Shown: piece by piece, positions 47,848-58,259 of the stretch | Numbering within the stretch: the first letter of the stretch is position 1 | How the letters are laid out: each line of letters opens with the position of its first letter | Assembly (NCBI GenBank): GCA_963741955.1 | Contig: CAVUKB010000005.1 | Span: 96,001 to 160,000 of the forward strand | From: an uncultured Acidobacteriota bacterium | Lineage (GTDB): Bacteria; Acidobacteriota; Thermoanaerobaculia; Gp7-AA8 | DNA: 64,000 nucleotides | Direction of reading: 5' to 3' | Position numbers and translations under genes: made by a program | Notes under the pieces: generated by a model | What the model saw: the letters and a program-made list of their open reading frames with translations, nothing else | Told to the model about the DNA's origin: nothing | The model's database searches: none

Positions 47848-49827
47848 ATGCAACGAACCGTACGTTTTCTTCGTATCGCACTTCCGGTTGCGTTCGTCGG
47901 ATTCCTTCTCCTTCTCGTCTTCAGCTATTCGCCCCGCCGGAGTGTCGAGCGGAGTGGAGGGGAGCCGGTCAGATCCGATGTTCGACCGGGCGATAAACCG
48001 CGTCTGGTCGCTTCGACCTTCGAAGACACTCAGACGATCGGGGGGCGGGTCGTCTCGCGGATCCGTGCACGGCGCACCACCGGATTCGAATCCGGATGGT
48101 ACGCGCTGGAGGACGTGCACCTCACGCTGTACCGGGAGGGGGGACTCACGTACGAGGTCTCCTGTGAACAGGCACAGTTCCAGGCCGAAACGAAGGAAGC
48201 CGAAGCGAAGGGAAACGTCAGGATCACTTCGAGCGACGGGCTGGAGGTCTCCACCGAATCGATCCGTTACGACGGCACCCGGGTGGTGAACCGGATCCCG
48301 GTCCGGTTCAGTATCGACCAGTGGCATGGGCGCGCGGGAGGTCTCGATCTCGACGTCGCCGGCGATACCGTGCATCTCGTGGACGGAATCACTGCGACCT
48401 CGACGCCGGCTGTTCCCTCCGAGCCGCCACTGGAGCTCACCGCACAACTGGCGATCTTCCATCGCGCGAGCTCACAGGTCGAGTTCCATCAGGATGTCGT
48501 CCTCACACGCGCGACGGACCGGCTCCGATCCGACGCGATGACTGCACGACTCGATCAGAACCATCATCAGATCGTCGCACTCGCGGGCGACGGAAACGTG
48601 GCTATCCGGCTGATGCCCGGGAACACTCTTTCGGCGAATCCGTCGCCTCCGGCGAACACCAGGATCGACGCGGAGAAGTATTTCGTCGAGTTCGGAGGCG
48701 ACGGTTCGGTTGCCGCGTTCGACGTGGTCGGCGAGCAGATTCCGGCGCATGCACTCTTCCAGGGCGTTCCGCAGCGGGAAGTCTTCGCCCGACAGTTCCG
48801 GCTGGGAGTCGCGAACGGCCGGGCGACGGACGTGAAGGCGACCGGGAAGGTCCGATTCCAGGAGCTCGGAAGCATTCCGCGGGTGATCACCGCGGACGAG
48901 ATGACCGTCTTTCTCGACAAGAACACCGGCCAGCCTCTGACCTCCGTCATCGCGGGCAATCTCCACTACCGCGATCCGAAGACCGAGGCGACGGGGGAGA
49001 GGGCGAATTACGACATTCCGGGCGACCACGTGGTTCTGACCGCGGTTGCGGGTAGCGAGCCGACCGTGACCTCCGACGGGCAGCTGCTGAAGGCGGTCAA
49101 GCTCGAGATCGCTCCCAAACGGGGCGTGGTGAAAGGATCGGGACAGGTGCTCGCGACCCTGAAACAGAAGGGTCAGAGCTCGATTGCTCCCTCCGGTGGC
49201 ATCTTCGATCCGAACGGTCAACCGGTGTTCGTCAACTCCGACTCGATTCTGATGAATCAGTCGGAGCGCAGCGCGGTCTTCACCGGGAACGTGCGGGCGT
49301 GGCAGGGAAGGAATACTCTCTTCGCGGAGGAGCTGCGGTTGACCGGAGGAGGAGACGAGCTGCAGGCCCGTGGGAACGTGAGGACGGTCCTGTACAATGC
49401 CGGCACCGGCGAACCGAGTGCGGCGCCGGTGACCACGCGCAGCAACACCATGGTGGCCAGAAAAGCGGATCAAAAGATCGATCTGCAGGGTCAGGTGACG
49501 ATTGACGACGGACTTCGCAGGATGACGGCCGACCGGGCGAGCTTCTTCCTCGGGGCGGATCGCAAGCTTCAGCGTATCGAAGCGAATGCGAACCTGACCA
49601 TGGTGGAACGGGCGACGAATCGGAAAGCCGCAGGGGACCGCGCCGTCTACCGGCTCGACCAGAAGAAAGTGATGTTGTACGGTTCTCCCGCGGAGATCAC
49701 CGATCCGGAGGGAACGGTGAAGGGAGCGGAGATCATTCTCGATCTGGTCTCGAACAAGGTCGAGGTCGCGAGCGGGGAGAAGCCCACCGAGGCGACGTAC
49801 AAACCGAAATCGGGCGAGAAGTCGTGA
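47848..49827 (+). CDS. LptC/LptA (OstA) multi-domain LPS transport bridge protein
   Basis: N-terminal TM anchor, repeated beta-jellyroll-like segments (AKGNV, GDGNV, FTGNV, ARGNV); directly upstream of lptB. Confidence 0.8.
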   Translation: MQRTVRFLRIALPVAFVGFLLLLVFSYSPRRSVERSGGEPVRSDVRPGDKPRLVASTFEDTQTIGGRVVSRIRARRTTGFESGWYALEDVHLTLYREGGLTYEVSCEQAQFQAETKEAEAKGNVRITSSDGLEVSTESIRYDGTRVVNRIPVRFSIDQWHGRAGGLDLDVAGDTVHLVDGITATSTPAVPSEPPLELTAQLAIFHRASSQVEFHQDVVLTRATDRLRSDAMTARLDQNHHQIVALAGDGNVAIRLMPGNTLSANPSPPANTRIDAEKYFVEFGGDGSVAAFDVVGEQIPAHALFQGVPQREVFARQFRLGVANGRATDVKATGKVRFQELGSIPRVITADEMTVFLDKNTGQPLTSVIAGNLHYRDPKTEATGERANYDIPGDHVVLTAVAGSEPTVTSDGQLLKAVKLEIAPKRGVVKGSGQVLATLKQKGQSSIAPSGGIFDPNGQPVFVNSDSILMNQSERSAVFTGNVRAWQGRNTLFAEELRLTGGGDELQARGNVRTVLYNAGTGEPSAAPVTTRSNTMVARKADQKIDLQGQVTIDDGLRRMTADRASFFLGADRKLQRIEANANLTMVERATNRKAAGDRAVYRLDQKKVMLYGSPAEITDPEGTVKGAEIILDLVSNKVEVASGEKPTEATYKPKSGEKS

Positions 49828-50618
49828 AAATGGACGAAGGAACGATCAGCCGGAGTGTCGCGGCGGTGGACGAGCTGGAACCGAAGGCGCCGCGTCTTCG
49901 GCTGGCGACGGAAAACCTGGTCAAGGTCTACCGCCGGCGAAAGGTCGTCCGCGACGTCTCGATCGAGATCCTCCAGGGGGAGATCGTCGGACTCCTGGGG
50001 CCGAACGGAGCCGGGAAGACCACGACCTTCTACATGGTGGTCGGTCTGACCCAGCCGGACGGCGGGAGCGTCTACCTCGGGGACGAGGAGATCACGTCTC
50101 TCCCGATGTTCCTCCGCGCTCAGCTCGGGATCAGCTACCTTCCGCAGGAGGCGTCGATCTTCAGGAAGCTGACCGTCGAACAGAACCTCCTCGCGGTATT
50201 CGAAACGATGAATCTTCCACTCGCGGAACGGGAGCGACGGACCCAGAAACTGCTCGAAGAATTCGGAATCGCACATATCGCGAAGAACCGCGGATACGCG
50301 CTGTCGGGCGGCGAGAGGAGGCGTGTGGAGATCGCGAGAAGTCTCGCAATCAACCCGGCATTCATCTTGCTAGATGAACCCTTCGCCGGGATCGATCCGA
50401 TCGCGGTTCTTGATATCCAGCGCATCGTCTCGCAGCTTCGCGACCGGGGTATCGGAATCCTCATCACGGATCATAACGTCCGGGAAACATTGAAGATCAC
50501 CGACCGCGCCTATATCATTAAAGAGGGCGAGATCTTTCGTCAGGGGGATCCGGAAAGCCTTTCATCGGACGCGGAAGTACGAAGGATCTATCTTGGTGAG
50601 AGCTTCAATCTGAGCTGA
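49824..50618 (+). CDS. lptB: LPS export ABC transporter ATP-binding protein
   Basis: [47 protein letters not shown]. Confidence 0.98.
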   Translation: MKMDEGTISRSVAAVDELEPKAPRLRLATENLVKVYRRRKVVRDVSIEILQGEIVGLLGPNGAGKTTTFYMVVGLTQPDGGSVYLGDEEITSLPMFLRAQLGISYLPQEASIFRKLTVEQNLLAVFETMNLPLAERERRTQKLLEEFGIAHIAKNRGYALSGGERRRVEIARSLAINPAFILLDEPFAGIDPIAVLDIQRIVSQLRDRGIGILITDHNVRETLKITDRAYIIKEGEIFRQGDPESLSSDAEVRRIYLGESFNLS

Positions 50619-50666
50619 GCCGGACCGTACCAGAACATCAAATAACTTGCTTCGCAAGCAGACACG

Positions 50667-52118
50667 ATGGCACTTGAACAGAAACTTCATCTGAGGCTCT
50701 CGCAGAAGCTGATCATGACGCCTTCGCTGCAGCAGGCGATCAAGCTGCTGCAGTTGAGCAAGCTCGAACTGCAGGAAGTTCTCAATCAGGAGCTTCTGGA
50801 GAATCCTCTTCTGGAAGAGAACTCCGAAGAGATCAAGACCGAAGACAGCGAGAACGAACAGAAGACCGAAGAGCCGGCCGAGGCGAAAACGGAATCGAAC
50901 GAGAAGGAACAGGACGAGCAGAAGGACTCCTTCGACGAGATCGACTACGACGCCTACTTCCAGGATTACATCGACTACGGCTACAACCCGCGCATGACCG
51001 AGCAGTACGAGGAAGTGCCGATCGAGAATACGCTCTCCCGCCCTCCGGACCTCGCCGATCACCTCACCTGGCAGCTCTCCATGTCCGACGCCTCGCCCCG
51101 GACCAAGGACGTGGCGAACTTCCTGATCGGAAACATCGACGAAGACGGATACCTCCGCGCGACCGACGAAGAGGTGGTGCGGGTCGGGAAATACACCCAG
51201 GAGGAATGCGACGAAGCGATCCGGTTGATCCAGTCCTTCGATCCGATCGGCATCGGAGCCCGGAATCTCCGCGAGTGCCTCCTCCTGCAGGTCGACCGAC
51301 TGGAGGGGGAGAATGAATTGGTGAGAGTGGTCCTCAGCGACCACTGGGACCTCTTCATGAACCGGCAGTTCGTGCAGCTGGCCAAGGCGATCGGTATCGA
51401 GCTGAAGGATCTCGAGGCCGTGGTGGAGACGATCAAGAGTCTCGATCCGAAGCCGGGACGGCGCTACAGCAGCGAGCGTGCGATCTACGTCGAGCCCGAC
51501 GTTCACGTTCAGAAGGTCGGCGACGAATACGTGATCATTCTCAACGAGGATGGAATGCCGAAGCTCCGGATCAACGGAAGCTATCGTCAGATGCTGCACA
51601 GCATGGACTCGAAGAAGGATGGAGAGACGGTCAACTACATCAAGGAGAAGATCCGTTCCGCGGTGTGGCTGATCAAATCGCTCGACCAGCGCCAGCGGAC
51701 CATCTACAAGGTGGCCGAGTCGATCGTGAAGCACCAGCGAGAGTTTCTCGACCGTGGGATCGAACATCTCCGCCCCCTGGTTCTTCGCGACGTCGCCGAC
51801 GACATCCAGATGCACGAATCCACCGTCTCGCGCGTGGTGTCGAACAAGTACATGCACACCCCGCGCGGGCTCTTTCTGATGAAGTATTTCTTCCACAGCG
51901 GAATCGATTCGGATTCAGGAGAAGACATCTCGAGCCTGACCGTGAAACGGAAGATCCAGATGTTCATCGCGGCCGAAGACCCGCGGAAGCCTCTCTCCGA
52001 TTCGAAGATCATGAAGATCCTCAACGAGGAGGGCATCAATATCGCGCGACGCACCGTGGCCAAGTACCGCGACGAGCTCAATATCCCTTCATCGACCGAC
52101 CGGAAACAGATATTCTGA
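50667..52118 (+). CDS. rpoN: RNA polymerase sigma-54 factor
   Basis: TPSLQQAIKLLQL, HESTVSR, RpoN box ARRTVAKYR. Confidence 0.99.
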   Translation: MALEQKLHLRLSQKLIMTPSLQQAIKLLQLSKLELQEVLNQELLENPLLEENSEEIKTEDSENEQKTEEPAEAKTESNEKEQDEQKDSFDEIDYDAYFQDYIDYGYNPRMTEQYEEVPIENTLSRPPDLADHLTWQLSMSDASPRTKDVANFLIGNIDEDGYLRATDEEVVRVGKYTQEECDEAIRLIQSFDPIGIGARNLRECLLLQVDRLEGENELVRVVLSDHWDLFMNRQFVQLAKAIGIELKDLEAVVETIKSLDPKPGRRYSSERAIYVEPDVHVQKVGDEYVIILNEDGMPKLRINGSYRQMLHSMDSKKDGETVNYIKEKIRSAVWLIKSLDQRQRTIYKVAESIVKHQREFLDRGIEHLRPLVLRDVADDIQMHESTVSRVVSNKYMHTPRGLFLMKYFFHSGIDSDSGEDISSLTVKRKIQMFIAAEDPRKPLSDSKIMKILNEEGINIARRTVAKYRDELNIPSSTDRKQIF

Positions 52119-52165
52119 GTAGTGCCGTGGATCCGCGGATTCAGGACGCGAGACGGGAGGCGTAG

Positions 52166-52711
52166 ATGAACATCGAAATCTCGGGCCGAAACTACGAAGT
52201 CAACGATCGGGTACGGGAACTGATCACCAAGAGGCTCGACAAGGTTACGAAATACTTTCAGGACATCATCGAGATCCGCTGCGTTCTGAACGTCGAGAAA
52301 TATCGCAACATCTGCGAGATCATCATCATCGGGAAAAACTACGACGCGAAGTCGTCGCAGGAAGCGACCACGATGGAAGACGCGATCGTCTCGACCATCG
52401 ACCACCTGAAAATCCAGGCCCAGAAGAACCGGAAGAAGATCACCGACCATCATCGCGGCGAGAAGACTCCGACCGAGAGCTGGGAGGTTCAGGTGGTCGA
52501 GTCCACGAGCCTTCGCGGAACACAGGCCGACCGCCGCGTCATCCAGGTCGACAACATTCCGATCCGACCGATGTCGGTGGAGCAGGCGGCAATGCTCCTC
52601 GATGACTCGAGGAACGATTTCATCGTCTTTCGCGACCTCGACACCGAGCGGGTCACGGTCATCTACAAGCGGCGCGACCGCAACCTGGGGCTGATCTCGC
52701 CTCAGTTCTGA
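52166..52711 (+). CDS. hpf: ribosome hibernation promoting factor (long HPF)
   Basis: MNIEISGRN N-domain; PMSVEQA...FIVFRD...VIYKRRDRNLGLI C-domain; follows rpoN. Confidence 0.93.
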   Translation: MNIEISGRNYEVNDRVRELITKRLDKVTKYFQDIIEIRCVLNVEKYRNICEIIIIGKNYDAKSSQEATTMEDAIVSTIDHLKIQAQKNRKKITDHHRGEKTPTESWEVQVVESTSLRGTQADRRVIQVDNIPIRPMSVEQAAMLLDDSRNDFIVFRDLDTERVTVIYKRRDRNLGLISPQF

Positions 52712-52732
52712 CTCCTCACTCCGGTATGCAGC

Positions 52733-52767
52733 AGAGAGGCGCGGATTCTCCGCGCCTCTCTTTTTTT
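52733..52767 (+). terminator. rho-independent terminator
   Basis: AGAGAGGCGCGGA-TTC-TCCGCGCCTCTCT followed by T-tract. Confidence 0.9.
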
Positions 52768-52815
52768 CTGCTCGTCCCGCGAAACTGTTACGATTTCCCT
52801 CAGGAGCCGCGCCGC

Positions 52816-53895
52816 ATGGAAGACTACAAGCCGACCCCCGTTCAGACGATTCTCTCACCGGAGCTCGAGGATCTCGAGCTTCAGGTCGTCACCGGCGGAG
52901 ACCGGCTCGACCGCACCATCCTCATGCCACGGGTCCAGAAGCCGGGACTCGCGTTCGCCGGCTACTACGAGTACATCAAGCCGGGGAGGGTGCAGATCAT
53001 CGGCGAATCCGAGACCCGCTACCTCCAGAGCCTTCCCGCACGCCTCCGCGAAAAGAGAGTGCGCGAGGTGGTCGGTCTCGACGTCCCCTGTTTCGTCGTC
53101 ACCAAGGGCCTCGACCCGCTCGAGGAGTTCCGCGCCGAATGCGAGAAGCGGAGCGTTCCGCTCCTGATCACTCCCGCCGTCTCGTCCCAGACCATCACCC
53201 GGATCACCTACTTTCTCGAGGAGTCGATGGCGCCGAGCCTGACCATGCACGCCGGCCTTCTCGACGTCTTCGGCATCGGTGTCCTCCTGATCGGCGACAG
53301 CGGAGTGGGAAAAAGCGAGTGTGCCCTCGATCTGATTTACCGTGGGCACCGGCTGATCGCCGATGACATGGTGGTCGTCAAACGGCACCCGAACGACGTC
53401 CTTCTCGGTTATGCCTCCGAAGTCGTCCGTCACCATATGGAGCTGCGGGGGATCGGAATCATCAACATCAAAGATCTCTTCGGCGTCGCATCCACCCGCG
53501 ACCTCAAACCGATCGATCTCGTGGTACGCCTGGAACAGTGGGTGGAAGGGACCGAATACGATCGGCTGGGCATCTCCCGCCACACGTTCGAGATCCTCGG
53601 CATCGAGAAGCCTTTCGTCTGTCTGCCGGTCGCTTCGGGACGCAACCTCGCACTGCTGGTCGAGATCGCCGCGCGGAACCACCTGATGAAGCTCCAGGGC
53701 TACCATTCGGCAGAAGAATTCGCCCGTAAGATCGACGAACAGATCGCCCGCGAATCGGAGCCACAGTCGGACGACCATCTCCCTCACGTGAATCGCGAAT
53801 CGTCCGCCAGCTCCCAGCTGCGGAGCATGCAGACCAAGCAGCTCCGGAACCAGGAAGCCAATCTCAGGATGCAGAGGGCGAAGAGGAAGTCATGA
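52816..53895 (+). CDS. hprK: HPr kinase/phosphorylase
   Basis: PGLAFAGY, GDSGVGKSE, LIADD, ELRGIGII; SD AGGAG before ATG 52816. Confidence 0.97.
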   Translation: MEDYKPTPVQTILSPELEDLELQVVTGGDRLDRTILMPRVQKPGLAFAGYYEYIKPGRVQIIGESETRYLQSLPARLREKRVREVVGLDVPCFVVTKGLDPLEEFRAECEKRSVPLLITPAVSSQTITRITYFLEESMAPSLTMHAGLLDVFGIGVLLIGDSGVGKSECALDLIYRGHRLIADDMVVVKRHPNDVLLGYASEVVRHHMELRGIGIINIKDLFGVASTRDLKPIDLVVRLEQWVEGTEYDRLGISRHTFEILGIEKPFVCLPVASGRNLALLVEIAARNHLMKLQGYHSAEEFARKIDEQIARESEPQSDDHLPHVNRESSASSQLRSMQTKQLRNQEANLRMQRAKRKS

Positions 53896-54761
53896 CCGGC
53901 GCTCCCGACTACCTGGTGATCGTCACCGGTCTGAGTGGGGCGGGGAAGAGCTACGTCCAGAGCACGCTCGAGGACCTCGGTTTCTACTGCACGGACAACC
54001 TTCCGATGAATCTGATCGAGCCGTTCCTCGATGAGGTGACCGGGAGGGAAGGGCATCAGAAGATCGGGCTGGTGATCGACGTCCGGACCCACGCGTTCGC
54101 CGAGGAGTTTCCGGTGTATTACCGGGAGCACATCAAGGCGCGGGTGCCTCACGCCATGCTGATCTTCCTCGAGGCGACCGACGAGGTTCTCGCCCGTCGT
54201 TATTCCGAGACCCGGCGGCCGCATCCGTTCGGTTCGGACCGTCAGGTGCTCGACGCCATCCGGGAAGAGCGGCGACTGATGCTCGACGTCAAGTCGATGG
54301 CGAACCTGGTCCTCGACACCTCCCAGTTCTCGGTCCACGAGCTGAAGGCGCAGATCATGCGCCGGTTTCAGCTTCCCGGACCGGAGATCTCGATGCTGGT
54401 CACGGTGATCACGTTCGGCTTCAAATACCCGCTTCCGTACAACGTCGACCTCCTGTTCGACGTCCGTTTCCTCCCGAACCCGCATTTCGTGGAGGAGCTG
54501 CGGCCCAGGACCGGTCTCGATGCGGAGATCGTGCACTACCTGGAACAGCAACCCGAATACGGCGAGTTCCAGAAGCGGCTGCTCGATTTCGTCGGCTATC
54601 TCCTGCCGCAATACGCGAAGGAGATGAAGAGTTATCTCACCATCGGCATCGGCTGCACCGGCGGACGTCATCGCTCTGTGGCGATCGGACAGTGGCTCGG
54701 AGCAGAGGTCGAAAAGTTCGGATACCGGGTGGAGATCATCCACCGCGATTGCTCCCGATGA
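53892..54761 (+). CDS. rapZ: RNase adapter RapZ (YvcJ family)
   Basis: TGLSGAGKS, DNLP, TRRPHP, FDVRFLPNP, GCTGGRHRS. Confidence 0.97.
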   Translation: MTGAPDYLVIVTGLSGAGKSYVQSTLEDLGFYCTDNLPMNLIEPFLDEVTGREGHQKIGLVIDVRTHAFAEEFPVYYREHIKARVPHAMLIFLEATDEVLARRYSETRRPHPFGSDRQVLDAIREERRLMLDVKSMANLVLDTSQFSVHELKAQIMRRFQLPGPEISMLVTVITFGFKYPLPYNVDLLFDVRFLPNPHFVEELRPRTGLDAEIVHYLEQQPEYGEFQKRLLDFVGYLLPQYAKEMKSYLTIGIGCTGGRHRSVAIGQWLGAEVEKFGYRVEIIHRDCSR

Positions 54762-54888
54762 CCTTCTTTCGGGGACCATGCCATGCCGTTTCCCGGCATC
54801 GTCCGGTTGTCGTAAGATGGCTCGCCGGGATGGCCAATTTCACCGGGGTCGAGGGGAGTGACCTCCCGTCCGACCGCAGGAGGCTCTT

Positions 54889-55317
54889 TTGATAGGGGCA
54901 TTGATCGTCACTCATGGGAGGCTCGCGTTCGAGCTGCTCAACGCGGCCCAGACCATCGAGGGTCCGATCGAGGGAATCGAAGCAGTCGCACTGGAATGGA
55001 ACGAGACCGTCGAAGAATCACACGAAAAGATTCGCCAGGCCCTCGACCGGATGCGACAAAACCAGGGAGTGATCATCTTCACCGACATGTTCGGAGGAAC
55101 TCCGAGCAATATCAGCCTCTCGTTTCTGGAGAAGGACAAGGTGGAGATCGTCACCGGAGTCAATCTGCCCATGATCGTCAAGTTCGGTTCGCTGAGGAAC
55201 GAAAGTGAGGATCTGAACTCGGTCGTGCACACCATCCGCGAAAAGGGCGCGAAGTCGATCCGGGTTGCCTCGGATCTTCTGGTATGCGAACCTCGCGAGT
55301 CGGAGACTGAGGCGTGA
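54889..55317 (+). CDS. PTS EIIA component, mannose family
   Basis: IVTHG, TDMFGGTPSN, GVNLPM; SD AGGAGG before TTG. Confidence 0.93.
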   Translation: MIGALIVTHGRLAFELLNAAQTIEGPIEGIEAVALEWNETVEESHEKIRQALDRMRQNQGVIIFTDMFGGTPSNISLSFLEKDKVEIVTGVNLPMIVKFGSLRNESEDLNSVVHTIREKGAKSIRVASDLLVCEPRESETEA

Positions 55318-55586
55318 TCTCGAAGGATCTGGAAATCAGGAACAAGCTCGGGCTTCATGCGCGGGCAGCGGCCAAGCTGGTTCATACCGCGGCCCGCTTC
55401 GCTTCGGACGTGAAGCTGCGCAAGACTGGCGGTGAGGAGGTCGATGCGAAAAGCATCCTCGGCATTCTCCTCCTCGCGGCAGGACGGGGAACGACCATCA
55501 CCGTCACCGCGTCGGGCACCGACGAGCGACAGGCGGTGGACTCCATCGAAAAACTGATCGAATCGAAATTCGACGAAACGGAATAG
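55314..55586 (+). CDS. ptsH: phosphocarrier protein HPr
   Basis: GLHARAA (His15), DAKSIL (Ser46). Confidence 0.96.
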   Translation: MISKDLEIRNKLGLHARAAAKLVHTAARFASDVKLRKTGGEEVDAKSILGILLLAAGRGTTITVTASGTDERQAVDSIEKLIESKFDETE

Positions 55587-55599
55587 TGGTCGGTTAACG

Positions 55600-57402
55600 T
55601 TGACTGAAAAACGCGATCTGCCGGAGGGGCGCGACGTACGCAGCGAAGTTCGCACGTACAAGGGCGTCGGTGTCTCTCCGGGTATCGCCATCGGCCGCGC
55701 CCTGATCATCGAGAGCGAAGTCGGGGCCGCCTACCGGATCCCCCTCAAGGAGCAGGACGTTTCCGGTGAGCTCGAGCGTTTCGATGAAGCGCTCGAAAAA
55801 ACCAAGGAGGATCTCCGCGAGCTGAAGGCCAAGGTCACCCGTTCCATGGGTGACGAGTACGCCTCCATCTTCGAAGCGCACGGGATGATTCTCGGTGATC
55901 CTGCCTTCACCGAGAACGTCACCCGGAAGATCGAGGACGAACGCGTCAATGCCGAATGGGCGATCTCCTCGGTCAGGGAAGAGCTGGAGGCGCGGTTCGA
56001 GAGCTTCGAGAACGAGTATCTCCGCGATCGGCGCGAAGACATCAAGGACGTCTCCGAATCGCTGCTCCGGAACCTGAGCGGAATCTCCCATCACGAGCTT
56101 TCAGAGATCGATCACGACGTGGTCATCCTCGCTGATGACCTGACCCCTTCGGATACCGTGCGATTCAACCGCCGACCGATCGTCGGCTTCGCGACCGCTT
56201 CCGGCGGACGCACCTCCCACACCTCGATCATTGCCAAGTCCCTCTTCATGCCTGCCGTGATCGGTGTCCCCCGTCTCACCACCGTCGTCGACAATGACGA
56301 GCTGGTGATCGTCGACGGCTACGAAGGGACGGTGCTCGTCGCGCCGACTCCCGCGCTGATCCAGGAGTATCGAAGCCGGGAGACCCGTCATCAGGAGTAC
56401 GAGAAACAGCTCCTCCAGAACCGCGATCTGGAGACGGTGACCAAGGATGGTCGTCGCCTGAGTCTCCAGGCGAACATCGAGCTGATCGAAGAGATCAAGG
56501 ACGCCCAGCGCTTCGGCGCTGAGGGAGTGGGACTCTACCGTTCGGAGTTTCTCTACATCTCGAAGAGCCCGCAACTGCCGACCGAGGACGAGCACTATGA
56601 GTTGTACGTGAAGCTCGCCGAGGCGATGAAGCCCAACTGGACGGTGATCCGCACCTTCGATCTCGGCGGAAAAAAACTCGCACGCGAAGTGATGGGGAGC
56701 AAGGAAGACAACCCGGTGCTGGGGCTGCGTGCACTTCGCCTCTGCATGAAACATCGCGACATGTTTCGGACTCAGCTTCGGGCGCTGCTCCGTGCGTCCG
56801 CCCATGGGAATATCAAGATCATGTTTCCTCTGGTGACCGGGATTCAGGAGCTGCGGCAGGTGAAGACACTGATCCGCGAGATCCGTACCGAGCTCGACGA
56901 GCAGGGGATTCCTTACGACAAGGATCTCGAGATCGGGATCATGATCGAGGTTCCTGCCGCCGCGATGATCGCCGACCTTCTCGCCACGGAAGCCGACTTC
57001 TTCGCCATCGGTACGAATGACCTCATTCAGTACTCGCTCGCCATCGACCGCTCGAACGAGAACGTCGCCTACCTCTACGAGCCACTCCATCCTTCTGTGC
57101 TGCGGCTGATCAAGTACGTGATCGACGCGGGCAAACACCAGGGAATCGAGGTCTCGCTCTGCGGAGAAATGGCTTCGGATCCTCTCTACTCGATCATTCT
57201 CGTCGGCCTGGGGCTGGAGATCTTTTCCATGAATCCCTCCAACATCCCGGTGATCAAGAACGTGCTCCGGAGTGTGAAGTACAAGGAGTGTCGCCGGATC
57301 GCCGAAGCCGCCCTGCAGAAGAAGACTGCGCAGGAGATCGAGGAGTTCGTCATCGAGAGCGTCGCCACGCGCTTTCCGGAGAAGCTCGTACCGACGGATT
57401 AG
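55600..57402 (+). CDS. ptsI: PTS enzyme I
   Basis: GGRTSHTSI, GVGLYRSEF, EDNPVLGLRA, IGTNDL, LCGE; no N-terminal GAF domain. Confidence 0.97.
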   Translation: MTEKRDLPEGRDVRSEVRTYKGVGVSPGIAIGRALIIESEVGAAYRIPLKEQDVSGELERFDEALEKTKEDLRELKAKVTRSMGDEYASIFEAHGMILGDPAFTENVTRKIEDERVNAEWAISSVREELEARFESFENEYLRDRREDIKDVSESLLRNLSGISHHELSEIDHDVVILADDLTPSDTVRFNRRPIVGFATASGGRTSHTSIIAKSLFMPAVIGVPRLTTVVDNDELVIVDGYEGTVLVAPTPALIQEYRSRETRHQEYEKQLLQNRDLETVTKDGRRLSLQANIELIEEIKDAQRFGAEGVGLYRSEFLYISKSPQLPTEDEHYELYVKLAEAMKPNWTVIRTFDLGGKKLAREVMGSKEDNPVLGLRALRLCMKHRDMFRTQLRALLRASAHGNIKIMFPLVTGIQELRQVKTLIREIRTELDEQGIPYDKDLEIGIMIEVPAAAMIADLLATEADFFAIGTNDLIQYSLAIDRSNENVAYLYEPLHPSVLRLIKYVIDAGKHQGIEVSLCGEMASDPLYSIILVGLGLEIFSMNPSNIPVIKNVLRSVKYKECRRIAEAALQKKTAQEIEEFVIESVATRFPEKLVPTD

Positions 57403-57599
57403 TACCCTGTCGCCCCGCGACATCGGTACGACGTCAATACGCCGTCGGCGGGGAGCGGCTGCGAAATGAAAGACGGGATGCCCCCTGTTGTTGCCGGCAG
57501 GATGGCGCGCGACACGCGGAGTCCGGCCCGTCGCCGTCGTGGATGATTGGCGGCTCACGGTCAGTCGATGCCGGGCGCGAGAGCGAGGGGAGGAAGCGT

Positions 57600-58247
57600 A
57601 TGAAGACGCCTCGGGGAATGGCAGTTCTGCTGGCGGCGCTCCTTACGACCGCGTTGGCCGTCAGCGCACGATCACAGGAGCCTCCGAAACCGAAGGAGGA
57701 GAGTGAACCTCCGGCTGCCACCACGAAAGAGCCGGCGAAGAAGACCTCTCCTCTCGTCGAAGCGGCCAGAGAGAGCGCCGCGGAACGGGGAAGGGCGAAG
57801 ATCCGTATCGACAACAAGGCGGTCAAAGAGTCGAAGAAGAACATGACCGTCCTGAAGAAGGCGCCTGGAGAGAACCAGAAGAAGAACCCGAAAGAGGAAG
57901 TGCCCGCCGAAGTGGCTCCTCCACCCGAGCCTCAAAAGGACGTGAAAGAGCTCCGGGAGGAACGGTTCGAAGCCGAAACACGGTTGCGCAATGCCATGGC
58001 CGACGTGGAGTCGCTCGAGACGGAGCTCCGGCGCCTCGAGAACGATTATTACAACTCCGACGATCCTGATTACCGGGACGGCGTCCTCGCCAAACGGTAC
58101 GCGCAGGTCGAAGCACAGCTTCGGAAGGCGCGGATCGAAGTGATCGACGCGCGGGAAGTCGTTCAGCAACTCCCGCCGGAGCAGGAACGTTCGAAGAGCG
58201 AGGATCAGAAAGCGCAACCACCCGCCGCGGCGAGTGGCGGCCGGTAG
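57600..58247 (+). CDS. hypothetical secreted coiled-coil protein
   Basis: SD GAGG before ATG 57600; signal peptide MKTPRGMAVLLAALLTTALAVSA; coiled-coil C-terminus. Confidence 0.75.
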   Translation: MKTPRGMAVLLAALLTTALAVSARSQEPPKPKEESEPPAATTKEPAKKTSPLVEAARESAAERGRAKIRIDNKAVKESKKNMTVLKKAPGENQKKNPKEEVPAEVAPPPEPQKDVKELREERFEAETRLRNAMADVESLETELRRLENDYYNSDDPDYRDGVLAKRYAQVEAQLRKARIEVIDAREVVQQLPPEQERSKSEDQKAQPPAAASGGR

Positions 58248-58259
58248 ATTCAGGGAGAG

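Noticed and set aside
52816-57402. PTS cluster lacking EIIB/EIIC/EIID as a novel system
   Set aside because: rpoN-linked hprK-rapZ-EIIA-HPr-EI regulatory clusters without permeases are well known.
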